Shown: positions 30,629 through 41,148 of the stretch, piece after piece
How the letters are laid out: every line of letters begins with the position of its first letter
How positions within the stretch are numbered: the first letter of the stretch is position 1
Position numbers and translations under genes: made by a program
Notes under the pieces: generated by a model
Told to the model about the DNA's origin: nothing
Seen by the model: the letters and a program-made list of their open reading frames with translations, nothing else
The model's database searches: none
NCBI GenBank assembly: GCA_965218095.1
Contig: OZ244587.1
Location: 5,056,001-5,120,000 of the forward strand
Origin: Candidatus Poribacteria bacterium
GTDB taxonomy: Bacteria > Poribacteria > WGA-4E > PCPOR2b
Length of the DNA: 64,000 bases
Direction: 5' to 3'

Positions 30629-33331
30629 ATGCTTGAACAAAATGACACTAGGCAATTGATAATCATTGACGGAACAGCGTTTGTCTATCGCGCCTTTTTT
30701 GGCGTGCAACAGCCGCTGACTAACTCAAAGGGGCAGCCTACACATGCGATTCTTAGCTTCATAAGAACACTGCTGAAGTTGCTGCGGGAAGAAACTGAGT
30801 ATATGGCGATTTGCTTCGATCGGGGCGGCAGGAGCAAAAGGGAGGAACTTTATGCCGAGTACAAAGCAGACCGCCCCGAGATGCCGGATGCGCTTGTTTC
30901 CCAGTTTCCGTATATGCGAAAAATTGTCGAAGCGTGTGGCGTTCCGATAGTCGAAATGGATGAGTATGAAGCCGATGATGTCGTGGGGACTTTGGCGAAG
31001 CGGGCGGAGGCAGAGGGCTTTGATGTCCTGATTATGACCAACGATAAGGATATGCTTCAGTTAATCTCCCCCAAGATCAAGGTGCATCGCGTCAACCCAC
31101 GGGGTGGATACGAGATCTACGACGCAGCGGCGTGCAAAGCGCGCTACGGCGTCGAGCCAGTGCAGATCCCCGATTATCTTGCACTTGCAGGGGATAAGGT
31201 CGATCAGATCCCTGGTGTGAGCGGCGTCGGCGAAAAAACTATCCCCAAAATACTTGCTGAATTCGGCACGGTTGAAAACCTGCTGGATCGCCTCGACGAA
31301 GTGCCGAACCGTTGGCGCACGAAGCTGGAGGCAGGAGATGAACTTGCACGACTGAGCAAGAAGCTGGCAACCCTCCAGACAGCACTCGATCTCCCCATCA
31401 CGCCGGAGGCATGCAAAATCGGAGTGACCGACAACGATAAGCTGCTGGCGCTCTTCCGGGAACTAGAATTCCATAGTTTGCTCGATCAAATCACGGTTCA
31501 TCAGACAAGCGATAAGCCAAAAACCAACTATCAAACGATTACGGACGAAACAGAACTGAACCTGTTGATTGAAGAGCTAAAGGAGGCCGAAGAAATCTCT
31601 GTTGACCTGGAGACGACATCAACCAACCCAATCCAGGCGAAGATCGTCGGGATTTCCATCAGCACGACGCCGGACGAGGGATACTACATCCCTGTTCTGT
31701 ATACCGCCCTTGACACCCCCGATCTGCTCCCTCAAGAGAAGGTTCTGGATAATCTGCGCCCCATCCTTGAAGACCCAAACTATCGCAAGGTTGGCCAAAA
31801 CATCAAGTACGATCTCAAGGTGTTCAATCGCCACGGCGTAGACCTGAAAGGAATTTCGTTCGACACGATGATCGCCTCTGCGCTGTTGCATCCCGCGTCA
31901 TCGAGCCACAGTCTGGATGACCTTGCCTTCACCCACCTGAACCACCAAACGATTCCGATTAAAGAACTCATCGGCACAGGCTCGAAACAGATCTCGATGG
32001 ATCTCGTCCCACTCTCACAGATCACCGAGTACGCCTGCGAAGATGCGGACATCACGTTGCAACTTAAACGAAAGTTTGAACAAGAGCTAGAAGCAGAGGG
32101 GCTAACGGATATTTTCCGCGATATTGAGATTTCGTTGATTTCTGTGCTTGCCGATATGGAACTTACAGGGATTAAGGTTGATGGCGACTATTTGAAAGCA
32201 TTGTCCAACGAATTCCAGTTGCGTCTGGATGGGTACATGGATGGAATCTACGAAGCCGCAGGGCGCGAGTTCAACATCAATTCCCCCAAGCAGCTTGGGG
32301 GAATTCTGTTTGAGGAGCTGAATCTGCCGAAAAATCTGACGCGCCGGACGAAAACTGGCTACTCAACCAACGTCAGGGTATTAGAAAGGTTAGCGCCTCA
32401 CCACCTATTGCCGGGGTTGATTTTGGAGTATCGATCCTTTGCCAAGCTCAAATCCACTTATACCGATGCGCTGTCAGAGCTAATCGATCCTGACACAGGA
32501 CGCATCCACACATCGTTTCATCAAGCGGGCGTTCGGACGGGTCGCCTCAGCAGCAGCAATCCGAATCTGCAAAATATCCCCGTGCGAACAGCCGAAGGGC
32601 GAGAGATCCGTCGGGCATTCGTCGCCGGCGACGATGAACATCTGCTAATCGTTGCGGATTACTCACAGATCGAGTTACGAATCCTCGCCCATCTGTCTGG
32701 CGACGATCGCCTCCGCGAAGCTTTCCAGCAGGATCTCGACATCCACGCGCAAGCTGCCTCTCTCATCTTTGGGACGCCGCCGGACGAGATCGACGCCGAT
32801 ATGCGTCGTCAGGCAAAGACGATGAACTACGGCATCGTCTACGGCATCGGCGCGTTTCGCCTGTCTAGCGAACTGGGAATCGAATTTGATGAAGCCCAGC
32901 AGTTAATCGACAACTACTTTGAGACCTATGCGGGTGTCAGGGGATATTTTGACCGCATCGTTGCGGAAGCACAGGAGAACGGCTACGTCACGACGCTGCT
33001 CGGACGACGCTGCTATGTGCCGGAGATTCACGCGCGGGATTGGAACACACTGGAATTTGGCAAGCGCGTGGCAATTAATGCGCCCATGCAAGGCGCCGCC
33101 GCGGAGCTCATCAAACTCGCAATGCTTGGGATTCATGACTATCTGACCCAGAGCAGCAAAAAAACGAAGATGCTGCTGCAAGTCCACGACGAGCTGGTGT
33201 TTGAAGCACCGAAATCTGAACAGGAAGAAATTATAGCAGAGGTTAAACGCTTGATGGAAAACGCCTGTCAGATCGATGTGCCGGTGAAGGTTGATATTCA
33301 CGCGGGGCCAAATTGGCTGGAGGCGAAGTGA
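30629..33331 (+). CDS. polA: DNA polymerase I
   Basis: 5'-3' exonuclease (IIDG, EADD), 3'-5' exonuclease (DLET, NIKYD, YACED), polymerase motifs ADYSQIELR, RQAKTMNYGIVYG, QVHDELVFE. Confidence 0.98.
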   Translation: MLEQNDTRQLIIIDGTAFVYRAFFGVQQPLTNSKGQPTHAILSFIRTLLKLLREETEYMAICFDRGGRSKREELYAEYKADRPEMPDALVSQFPYMRKIVEACGVPIVEMDEYEADDVVGTLAKRAEAEGFDVLIMTNDKDMLQLISPKIKVHRVNPRGGYEIYDAAACKARYGVEPVQIPDYLALAGDKVDQIPGVSGVGEKTIPKILAEFGTVENLLDRLDEVPNRWRTKLEAGDELARLSKKLATLQTALDLPITPEACKIGVTDNDKLLALFRELEFHSLLDQITVHQTSDKPKTNYQTITDETELNLLIEELKEAEEISVDLETTSTNPIQAKIVGISISTTPDEGYYIPVLYTALDTPDLLPQEKVLDNLRPILEDPNYRKVGQNIKYDLKVFNRHGVDLKGISFDTMIASALLHPASSSHSLDDLAFTHLNHQTIPIKELIGTGSKQISMDLVPLSQITEYACEDADITLQLKRKFEQELEAEGLTDIFRDIEISLISVLADMELTGIKVDGDYLKALSNEFQLRLDGYMDGIYEAAGREFNINSPKQLGGILFEELNLPKNLTRRTKTGYSTNVRVLERLAPHHLLPGLILEYRSFAKLKSTYTDALSELIDPDTGRIHTSFHQAGVRTGRLSSSNPNLQNIPVRTAEGREIRRAFVAGDDEHLLIVADYSQIELRILAHLSGDDRLREAFQQDLDIHAQAASLIFGTPPDEIDADMRRQAKTMNYGIVYGIGAFRLSSELGIEFDEAQQLIDNYFETYAGVRGYFDRIVAEAQENGYVTTLLGRRCYVPEIHARDWNTLEFGKRVAINAPMQGAAAELIKLAMLGIHDYLTQSSKKTKMLLQVHDELVFEAPKSEQEEIIAEVKRLMENACQIDVPVKVDIHAGPNWLEAK

Positions 33332-33487
33332 GGCTACAGGTCGAAGCGAAGCGGAGCCTCCGTGAAACGGAGAGACAAGATGCAGGATACAAAGCAAGCA
33401 AGATAAAAGATAGGACTTTTACCTGTCCGAGAAGTTTCAGACAGTAGCACGAAAGCGTGCAACACCCCAAAAAGAGGCATCCACAAA

Positions 33488-35203
33488 ATGACAAATGACG
33501 AAGTTAGCGACGTGCTTAGAAATATCGGCAATCTGATCCAGATTAAAGACGACGATACCTTCCGCGCAAGGATTTATGATCGAGCGGCGGATGCGATTGA
33601 TGAACTTTCGGTAGACCTCCATCAGTTGGCTGAAGAAGGACGGATACGCTCGATTCCAGGCATCGGCAAAGCCATTGAAGGGAAGATTATCGAAATGCTG
33701 GAAACGGGGAGATGCCGCTTCTGTGATGACTTAATTCAGGAGATGGGAGCGGAGTCCCTGGATCTGCTGGCGATTCGCGGCGTTGGGGCGAAAACGGCGG
33801 GGCGATTTTACCAGGAGTTGGGCGTGAAAAGTCTCAGCGACCTTCGAGGAGCAATTGATACCGGTCGGCTCAAGGAGATGAAGCGGATGGGTGCGAAGAC
33901 CATCGTATCAATTGATAAGAGTTTGCGGTTCCTCGAAACGCAAAGGAAGATGCGTCCACTCCGGCAGATTTTACCGATAGCACAGACTATCTTTGATGCA
34001 CTGAAGAGCTGCCCTGATGTCAAGCAACTGGATTTCACCGGGGATCTCCGAAGGCACGAGGAGGTGTTGCGAAGCCTTGAACTGATCGCTGAATGTGCGC
34101 AGACGGAGGCGATCGTCGAAGGGTTGTCTGAGGTGGCAGGTGTAGCATCCCCAACGATACAGAATGATGTTCATGTTGCTGCTTCTGTCGATTCGGGATT
34201 TCCATTGCATGTCTACTGTGTCAGTGCAGAAGCATACGAGGCGACGTTATTGGCAACGACCGGCGCTGATTCGCACTTGACTCGACTCAACCAAATCGCT
34301 GCTGCACGGGAACTTGGGGCGATTTGCGAATCGCTGCCCGATTGGCCAAAGAATAAGGCGGAATCTGATATTTACAGTCAACTTGGATTGCCGTTCATCG
34401 TTCCTGAATTGCGGGGGGACGCCGATTCGATCGAGGCGGCTTTGGCGGGCAATCTACCGACGCTTATTGAGCTTGGTGCTCTCCGTTCTGATCTCCACAT
34501 GCACACCGATTGGAGCGATGGACGGAGCTCGATTCGTGAGATGGCAGAAGCGGCAAAAGTGATTGGGCATGAATACATCGCTATTACTGACCACTCCCAA
34601 TCCTCGCGGGTTGCCAATGGTTTGACTCCTGAGCGGTTGCTGGCGCAGATTCAACAGGTTCGTGAGATTAACGCGGAGATTGACGGCATCGAAGTGCTTG
34701 CTGGCTCTGAGGTTGATATTCTCAGAGATGGCAGCCTCGACTTTCCCGACGAAATTTTGGCACAACTGGACATTGCTGTGGCGAGTGTTCACGCTGGCTT
34801 TTCGATGAGTGAGGTGGAAATGACTGTCCGCGTCATCCGGGCAATCGAAAACCCGTTTGTCACGATTATCGGACACCCGACAGGGCGCTTGCTGGGTCGG
34901 CGTCCTGGGTATGCGATTAACCTTGATGAGGTCATTGATGCAGCGGCAGCGCACTGTGTCGCGTTAGAGATCAACGCATCTCCAAGCCGATTAGACCTTG
35001 AACCGAATGCCGTGCGAAAAGCGCGTGCGTGCGGCGTCTTGCTGTCGATTAACACCGATGCCCACGCAATCTCCCAACTTAAGCATGGCATATTTGGAGT
35101 CAACGTCGCCCGGCGTGGCTGGTTGGAAAAAAGAGATGTCCTCAATACCCATTCGCTGGGTGCGTTGAAGGATATAGGGATGCCCTTAACGCGGGGCGAA
35201 TGA
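33488..35203 (+). CDS. polX: DNA polymerase X family / PHP domain protein (non-canonical polymerase site)
   Basis: HhH motifs IPGIG and IRGVG, thumb IVPELR, PHP motifs DLHMHTDWSDG, TDHS, GHPTGR, NTDAH. Confidence 0.93.
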   Translation: MTNDEVSDVLRNIGNLIQIKDDDTFRARIYDRAADAIDELSVDLHQLAEEGRIRSIPGIGKAIEGKIIEMLETGRCRFCDDLIQEMGAESLDLLAIRGVGAKTAGRFYQELGVKSLSDLRGAIDTGRLKEMKRMGAKTIVSIDKSLRFLETQRKMRPLRQILPIAQTIFDALKSCPDVKQLDFTGDLRRHEEVLRSLELIAECAQTEAIVEGLSEVAGVASPTIQNDVHVAASVDSGFPLHVYCVSAEAYEATLLATTGADSHLTRLNQIAAARELGAICESLPDWPKNKAESDIYSQLGLPFIVPELRGDADSIEAALAGNLPTLIELGALRSDLHMHTDWSDGRSSIREMAEAAKVIGHEYIAITDHSQSSRVANGLTPERLLAQIQQVREINAEIDGIEVLAGSEVDILRDGSLDFPDEILAQLDIAVASVHAGFSMSEVEMTVRVIRAIENPFVTIIGHPTGRLLGRRPGYAINLDEVIDAAAAHCVALEINASPSRLDLEPNAVRKARACGVLLSINTDAHAISQLKHGIFGVNVARRGWLEKRDVLNTHSLGALKDIGMPLTRGE

Positions 35204-35787
35204 TGAAAGTAAAAGGAAAAATTCATCAGGATAATAAATCACATCGTTACTGCCCTGAATGTTGGAGTGAAAGTATCCATCCTTATGAGGCTGAGGGTAG
35301 GGAATACTACAAATGCGAGCGTTGTGGGTATGATGAGAGTCGCCTCATTATGATTTACCCACAAATGCGTTATCGTATTTTACCCGACGATGAATTGCTC
35401 CACTATTCCGTTGGAGCCGTCATCGAATGGGAGGGAAGGGTTCTTTTGTTTCACCGGAAGCTATTTCCATTTCAATACACAATCATTGCCGGGCATTGGG
35501 ACTTGAACGATCTCACACCTGAGTCCGCTATTGTTCGTGAAGTCAGAGAGGAGGCGGGAGTTGAAATCGAGCCTGAAAAGTCTGAAATTGTGGCGATGTT
35601 AAAGGAACCTTGCCGGCGAGGAGCGGACTTCCATGAGTGGCGATTATACCAAGTAAAGGTGGCCCACCATACGGTAACAATGTCCGAAGAAGCTGATATC
35701 ATCGGGTGGTACTCTCCTGCGGAGATACGGGAGCTTGATTTAACGATTCCTACCGAATATTTTCTGAAGAAACTGGAGATTATCTAA
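35200..35787 (+). CDS. NUDIX hydrolase with N-terminal zinc ribbon
   Basis: CPEC..CERC; AGHWD...PESAIVREVREEAG Nudix box; overlaps the polX stop. Confidence 0.88.
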   Translation: MMKVKGKIHQDNKSHRYCPECWSESIHPYEAEGREYYKCERCGYDESRLIMIYPQMRYRILPDDELLHYSVGAVIEWEGRVLLFHRKLFPFQYTIIAGHWDLNDLTPESAIVREVREEAGVEIEPEKSEIVAMLKEPCRRGADFHEWRLYQVKVAHHTVTMSEEADIIGWYSPAEIRELDLTIPTEYFLKKLEII

Positions 35788-35928
35788 GGGAAAAAATTTG
35801 CAACGGTAACTCAACAAAAACCCTACCTTAAAATGCGACGAGCGCAGCGAAAAATCTCAGCACCAATGTGCTGGCACCCTTTCGCTGCACTCGGGCTGAC
35901 AGGAATGACTTGTACCGAATGGTGCTGT

Positions 35929-36813
35929 TCATACAGGCATGGTTCTGCGGGTGTGGCCCCGTCCGGCAGACGCGACCTCGCCGGATTGACCCGAGCCCAT
36001 GATTCTTACCCCTTCATCGATCTTTTCTCCCACAGTCTCCGGCAGTGAACTTTCCAAAAATGCGACTCCGGCGGCTTTGCACGCTGCAAACACCCGGTTT
36101 CTCGCTTCCACCAATTCGGAAGGCAACGGCGAAGGTCTTCGCTGGTAGCCGAACGACATGCCCATGTCAGAAGGTCCCGATTCAGCGAAGGCAATACCGG
36201 GCACTCTTATCGTCATCTCAACATTGGCTAGTGCTCGCCGGTTCTCGATTTTTAGCCCCAGTAGTAACTCACCGTTCGGATTGAGCGGCCAGGGGTCGGC
36301 TTTTTCCAAGTACTCATCCACAGAAACACCCCAAATCGGTGCTGCGGAACCCTGTCCCGCTGAACCCCGTCGTCCAACGTCCAGTTGCGTACCAACGCCT
36401 ATTGTCTGAAACGGATAACGGCAGGCTTCGACGAATGCCCTCACTGCTTCTGGCGACTCCGCATGGCACAGGAGGAGGCCGTGCACACCTCTCGCCAATA
36501 TCTGCCTGAACTGCCACGCATTCGCTCGGATGACGTCGGCGCTGGAGCCATCTACTGGCAATTCCACGATGACCGCCGGTGTCTGATGACTGCTGTTGGT
36601 CGGGCCTCCGTCAACCAGCCCTCGCATAAAATTATCCAGCCCGGCCATATCAAACGCACCGTGTTCCATGCCGATGTTGATGTAGTCTGCCCATGTTTTC
36701 GCCATCGCCTTCCCCGCCTGATAGGTGAGGTCGGCTCCAGTATGTCCGCCCGTGTAGTAGACGGGTTGGTCTTGCTCAAGTAACTTAATCGCTTTGTTGA
36801 TTCGCTTCGGCAT
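35929..36813 (-). CDS. HpcH/HpaI aldolase/citrate lyase family protein
   Basis: MEHG, ILARGVHG, LKIE, ESGPSDMG motifs; start MPKRINK. Confidence 0.82.
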   Translation of the reverse strand: MPKRINKAIKLLEQDQPVYYTGGHTGADLTYQAGKAMAKTWADYINIGMEHGAFDMAGLDNFMRGLVDGGPTNSSHQTPAVIVELPVDGSSADVIRANAWQFRQILARGVHGLLLCHAESPEAVRAFVEACRYPFQTIGVGTQLDVGRRGSAGQGSAAPIWGVSVDEYLEKADPWPLNPNGELLLGLKIENRRALANVEMTIRVPGIAFAESGPSDMGMSFGYQRRPSPLPSELVEARNRVFAACKAAGVAFLESSLPETVGEKIDEGVRIMGSGQSGEVASAGRGHTRRTMPV

Positions 36814-37131
36814 AACTTTCCTCTCTTTACTAAAGCATCCTAGGGCGCTTTTCGACGCCCTCCGGAGGCATATGAACAAAAAAATAGATACTTGGTGAGG
36901 AAATTATAGCATGGTCGATGGCTTGAGTCAAATAGTGAAGTCAGAACGCCGTCCGTCTCCTTTCGTACCGACAGCGTTTTTCGTTGTTAAGTATGCGGGC
37001 ACACGCACACTAGACCCCGATCAAAGATCGGGGTCTGCAGCTACAAAAACTTGGCTCATGTCAAAAGAAAGTGCAAAAGTGTTAGAGAAGCCGCGAAATC
37101 ATCGGTGTGAATTTTGCCTTTGCATGAAGTC

Positions 37132-37461
37132 TTAACATGAGCCGACCAATTGATCCGGTATATCAATCGAAACATGGGCGTACTCCCCCAGTAACTCGAA
37201 CCGGTTCCACCAGAACTCTCCATCCAGAGCCAGAATCGTCAGGCTCCGCATCTTATCCACATCGAGCCCCTCGATAGTGTACACATTATAGTAGTCCGAA
37301 TGGGCCGAAACGTCAACTTCCAGGGATGGATGTGGGCTAACAGCAACCCGACCGACAAAGGCGGGACTCTGAGTGAAAATCACCAATTTACACGCTGAAT
37401 CTTGAATCCAGTATCTTGCATCGATATAGGATTCAAGATGCCAGATGCAAAGTAGCAGCAA
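37132..37461 (-). other. Possible gene fragment
   Basis: Plausible coding 3' portion with no convincing start or RBS. Confidence 0.25.
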
Positions 37462-37667
37462 TGTAAATTATGACCTGTGGCGGTATACCAGTGGGATGGC
37501 ACTTTTCAAAATCAGGTGCGTAACCCCTGACCAATTCGTCTTTTGTGCTTGACGCAGTTAATCTTTTGTGCTAAACTCGACAATATTAGATTTGCATCCA
37601 CAGTTAACCATCACTTCAATCAAACGAATACTTTTTACGAGTTTTTCAGGTATAGTAGAGCGAGCAG

Positions 37668-37696
37668 CCCCGCTGTACGGGATCTCGCTACGCTAG
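37668..37696 (+). repeat. ~30-nt small dispersed palindromic repeat
   Basis: CCCCGCTGTACGGGATCTCGCTACGCTAG matches the reverse complement of 18552-18580 at 27/29 nt. Confidence 0.8.
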
Positions 37697-37869
37697 TTGC
37701 TTTGAATCCCGATGCAATTGGGGAGACTTGCTCGTTCCGGGTATGGGTAAATCGTCAAAGCAAGTTGGCAGCCCCGATAGCTCGGGGCTGGCTCTATATC
37801 CTATATCTTGTCTGTATCTTGCCTTCTGCCATTTCTGTTTAAGATGAATGAATGTAAGGAACAAAGATC

Positions 37870-38976
37870 ATGAAAACGAAAGCTGCTGTTGTCTATGAAC
37901 ACGATAAACCCGTTGTTGTTGATGATTTGGAATTGGATGACCCGAAAGCCAACGAGGTTCTCGTCTGCATGGCGGCAAGTGGGGTGTGCCATTCGGATCT
38001 CTCCGTTGTCAATGGGACAATCTACTACGACCCGCCCATTTCGCTTGGGCATGAAGGCGCAGGCGTGATTGAGGATGTGGGTGAGGACGTCAGTTACGCC
38101 CGCCCCGGCGATCACGTTTTGCTCTCATTCGTTAGCTACTGTGGGGCGTGCCGAATGTGCCAAATGGGGCGCGTGACTTTGTGTGAAGGTTTCTCCACCA
38201 GACGTGGCTATCTGCTTGATGACACCTGCCGTCGCCACGATAAAGCGGGCCAATCCATACCCCAGCAGGCACGTATCGGCACGATGTCTGAATATTCCGT
38301 TGTTCCAGAGCGGAGCTTGGTCAAAATCAAGCCGTGCTATCCACTCGAAAAAGCGGTTTTAGTTGGGTGCAGCGTGACAACTGGCGTTGGTGCGGTGTTG
38401 AATACGGCGAAAGTTGAGCCGGGGAGTTGGGTTGCGGTGATCGGAACGGGAGGCGTTGGACTGAACGTCATCCAAGGCGCCGTGATAGCTGGAGCAGAAC
38501 GAATCTTCGCCGTGGATGTTGTCCCGAAGAAACTCGACTTCGCCAGGAGTTTCGGTGCGACAGACCTAGTGAATGCGTCAGATTGCGATCCGGTCGAGGC
38601 GATTCAGGATTTGACAGGCGGCGAGGGCGTCGATTACGCCTTTGAAGTGATCGGTAATCCCAAGACGATCGAGCAGGCTTACGCAATGGTGCGTCGCGCG
38701 GGAACGGCTGTCGCCATTGGGGTTTGCCGTCAAGATGCCCAGGTAAGCCTACCGGCGCAGGAACTGATCATGGCGGAGAAACGGTTAATGGGCTCGTTCT
38801 ACGGTTCTTCTGCACCGCGCGTCGATATGCCCAAGCTGCTCAAATTCTACGACGAAGGGAAACTCAAGCTCGACGAACTGATTACGCGAAACTATCGCCT
38901 TGAGGAGATCAACGAAGCCTTTGCGGACATGGAGGCCGGGAAGAATGCGAGGGGAGTGATCTTGTTCGATCAATAG
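37870..38976 (+). CDS. Zn-dependent alcohol dehydrogenase (class III-like MDR)
   Basis: GVCHSD, GHEGAG, structural-Zn CGACRMC...C, GCSVTTG, GTGGVG. Confidence 0.95.
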   Translation: MKTKAAVVYEHDKPVVVDDLELDDPKANEVLVCMAASGVCHSDLSVVNGTIYYDPPISLGHEGAGVIEDVGEDVSYARPGDHVLLSFVSYCGACRMCQMGRVTLCEGFSTRRGYLLDDTCRRHDKAGQSIPQQARIGTMSEYSVVPERSLVKIKPCYPLEKAVLVGCSVTTGVGAVLNTAKVEPGSWVAVIGTGGVGLNVIQGAVIAGAERIFAVDVVPKKLDFARSFGATDLVNASDCDPVEAIQDLTGGEGVDYAFEVIGNPKTIEQAYAMVRRAGTAVAIGVCRQDAQVSLPAQELIMAEKRLMGSFYGSSAPRVDMPKLLKFYDEGKLKLDELITRNYRLEEINEAFADMEAGKNARGVILFDQ

Positions 38977-38995
38977 TACAATAATGCGCCCTAAT

Positions 38996-39033
38996 AAAAA
39001 AGCCCGTGGCAGATACAGCATCTACCACGGGCC
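38996..39033. terminator. Intrinsic terminator (U-tract on minus strand, possibly bidirectional)
   Basis: AAAAAA GCCCGTGGCAGAT...ATCTACCACGGGC. Confidence 0.65.
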
Positions 39034-39060
39034 TTCAGTTAGGTTGAGGTGAGGGCGCAC

Positions 39061-39112
39061 TTATTTCAGAGTCAGCATCTTCCGCGTGGCTGAGCAATCT
39101 TCTGCTTTGATA
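39061..39112 (-). pseudogene. Orphan C-terminal tail of a secreted protein (T9SS-A-like/FlgD-Ig sorting tail)
   Basis: IKAEDCSATRKMLTLK* followed by a terminator; the rest is replaced by an IS remnant. Confidence 0.55.
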
Positions 39113-39302
39113 ATGGGCGACCTCTTTTCGATTTCTTGGGTCGCCCGCGGGTTTGTTCGATGGCTTGTGTCATTACCAGTTTGATATTTGTGAAGAGTCG
39201 TCGTATTCTATTGATGGCGGGTTGCTTTCTTGAATTTTGCAAGAGATTAGAATACCCGAATCCTTATGGAACCCGCAATCTCTTTTATTTGTTGCCAATA
39301 CT
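39113..39302 (-). mobile_element. Truncated IS left end with transposase N-terminus (copy 1)
   Basis: Begins AGTATTGGCAACAAAT; MQNSRKQPAINR...KKSKRGRP; homologous to 53015-53194. Confidence 0.65.
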
Positions 39303-39619
39303 AACAAATTTTTTGAGCCGCAATGAAAGGGGGTGAAACAGAAAAGTTGGAAGGAGCGCTGGGAAGAAAATAGATCGAAGAAAAAATATGCTTGAACTTT
39401 TCTCTGGCGTGGAATATACTTTGACTTTGTCACATTTGGGTGACTGAATAATACTTCCGAAATGTGGCCGATGACCGAAGTCATCCTAGGCTGTGTTATG
39501 CTTGGAGGTCTCACCTGCCTCTTTGCGAATAAATTAGCACGGAGACGTCGTGTTATAATCAGTAGTTGGGAAAAGTGAGATTCAATCCAATTTGTAAAAC
39601 GCGCCTAATAGATTAAGGC

Positions 39620-39648
39620 TTGAAAAAACTTTGTAAATCAGGTATAAT
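39620..39648 (+). promoter_or_regulatory. Transposase promoter starting in the left IR
   Basis: TTGAAA-17 nt-TATAAT, then AAGGAG RBS. Confidence 0.7.
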
Positions 39649-39684
39649 AATAGCGTCAAACCCTGATGAATAAAGGAGTTAATC

Positions 39685-40567
39685 ATGAATCTGTTCAACA
39701 TAATGGAGCATTTTTCAACCCACGAAAGTTGCATTGAGCATCTCGAAACTATTCGCTGGGGTGAACAACCAGAGTGCCCCCATTGTGAGAGTGAAAAGGT
39801 TGCTCGCAAGCGTGAAGGTGATAAAATTGGACGTTGGAATTGTCATCTTTGCAAGTCTAGTTTCAATGTTTTATCCGGCACCCTGTTTCAAGGGACGAAA
39901 ATCTCCCTAACGAAATGGTTCGTTGGAATCGCTTTAATGGCAAACGCGAAAAAGAGTCTCTCCAGTTGTCAACTTGCTCGACATTTAGGCTTGAATCAAA
40001 TGTCTGCATGGTACATGATGCAGCGGATAAGGCAGGAAATGAATCGAAAAGGGGAAACCTTGCTCAAGGGCATAATTGAGATCGATGAGACCTACGTCGG
40101 CGGCAAGCCGCGCAGACGGAAAGACAAGGACGGAAACCTACCTCCGCCGAGCAAGCGAGGCAGAGGAACGAAGAAAACGCCCGTAATTGGTGCTGTTGAA
40201 CGGGCTGGGAATGTTGTAGCGCGTGTAGCTACGAGCCTAACTCGTAAGGGCGTTTTGGGGTTCATCAAAGGCATTATCGAGAAGCCCAAAGATTCAGTGC
40301 TGATGACAGAATGAGTTCTCGTCATACGAAGCCGTTGATGGTATGATGCCCCACCATGTCATCAAACACAAGAAATGGCAGTATGTGGACGGTGAGACAC
40401 ACACAAACACGATTGAAGGGTTCTGGTTACTGGTGAAACGTGCTTTTCATGGGACACATCACCACTACAAGCATGTCTCGCTCTACATCGCTGAGGCGTG
40501 TTATAAGTACAACAATCGGAAGAACCGAAACATCTTCAAGAAGTTTATCAGGGAGTGTTTTGTATAA
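39685..40567 (+). pseudogene. IS1595-family transposase with an apparent 1-nt insertion near 40310
   Basis: Zn ribbon CPHC..CHLC, GTLFQGTKI.L.KWF, EIDETYVGG, KRGRGTKK; removing one A restores LMTDEFSSY...HTNTIEGFW...Y.AE..YKYN. Confidence 0.9.
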
Positions 40568-40779
40568 TGGACTGGACACAAACTATCACTATTGTTGCTT
40601 CCATCTTAGCTGCTAGCGGATTAGTTGTCACGGTCGTATTATCAATGGGCAAGCGAATTGATGATATGGGTAAGCGAATTGATGATGTCATGTTGCAACT
40701 TTCTGAACTACGACAAGCAATCCTGAATCTCCTTCCGCCTTACCCATCAGGGGCTGATGACGATGATGATGATGAGTAA
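40567..40779 (+). CDS. Passenger: 70-aa protein with N-terminal TM helix, coiled coil and acidic tail
   Basis: TAATG overlap with the transposase stop; MGKRIDD repeated twice. Confidence 0.65.
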   Translation: MDWTQTITIVASILAASGLVVTVVLSMGKRIDDMGKRIDDVMLQLSELRQAILNLLPPYPSGADDDDDDE

Positions 40780-40792
40780 GGAGGTATAAGGT

Positions 40793-41044
40793 TTGTTTAT
40801 CAGCAATGTTGACTGTGATGATTTTTGTGATGTTGACATCATTGTCCGTCTACAGAAAAAGCGGGATAGAGATGGAACATTTTCTGTTCATGCTTATTTA
40901 AAGGATAACTCTTGGGAGTCCATTATCCTTTTGTCTGGCGCCTCTGAGGACAAAGCAAAGGATTTAATTCATCGTGTCGGGGAATTAAAAGACAGAAAAG
41001 GCGCTGGCTCTGACCGGGTTATCTACTATCCTGCCAAATCCTGA
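40793..41044 (+). CDS. Passenger: 83-aa hypothetical protein 'orfA', copy 1
   Basis: GGAGG RBS, TTG start; duplicated at 42044-42295 with mostly silent changes. Confidence 0.72.
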   Translation: MFISNVDCDDFCDVDIIVRLQKKRDRDGTFSVHAYLKDNSWESIILLSGASEDKAKDLIHRVGELKDRKGAGSDRVIYYPAKS

Positions 41045-41148
41045 CAGAAAACATTTTGACTATATTGGCATGGCATGACATAATAGATAGGCGATAGCGA
41101 TTTTTACTCAAACACGGTTCATACGAATCGTCTAAAGGAGGAATCACA

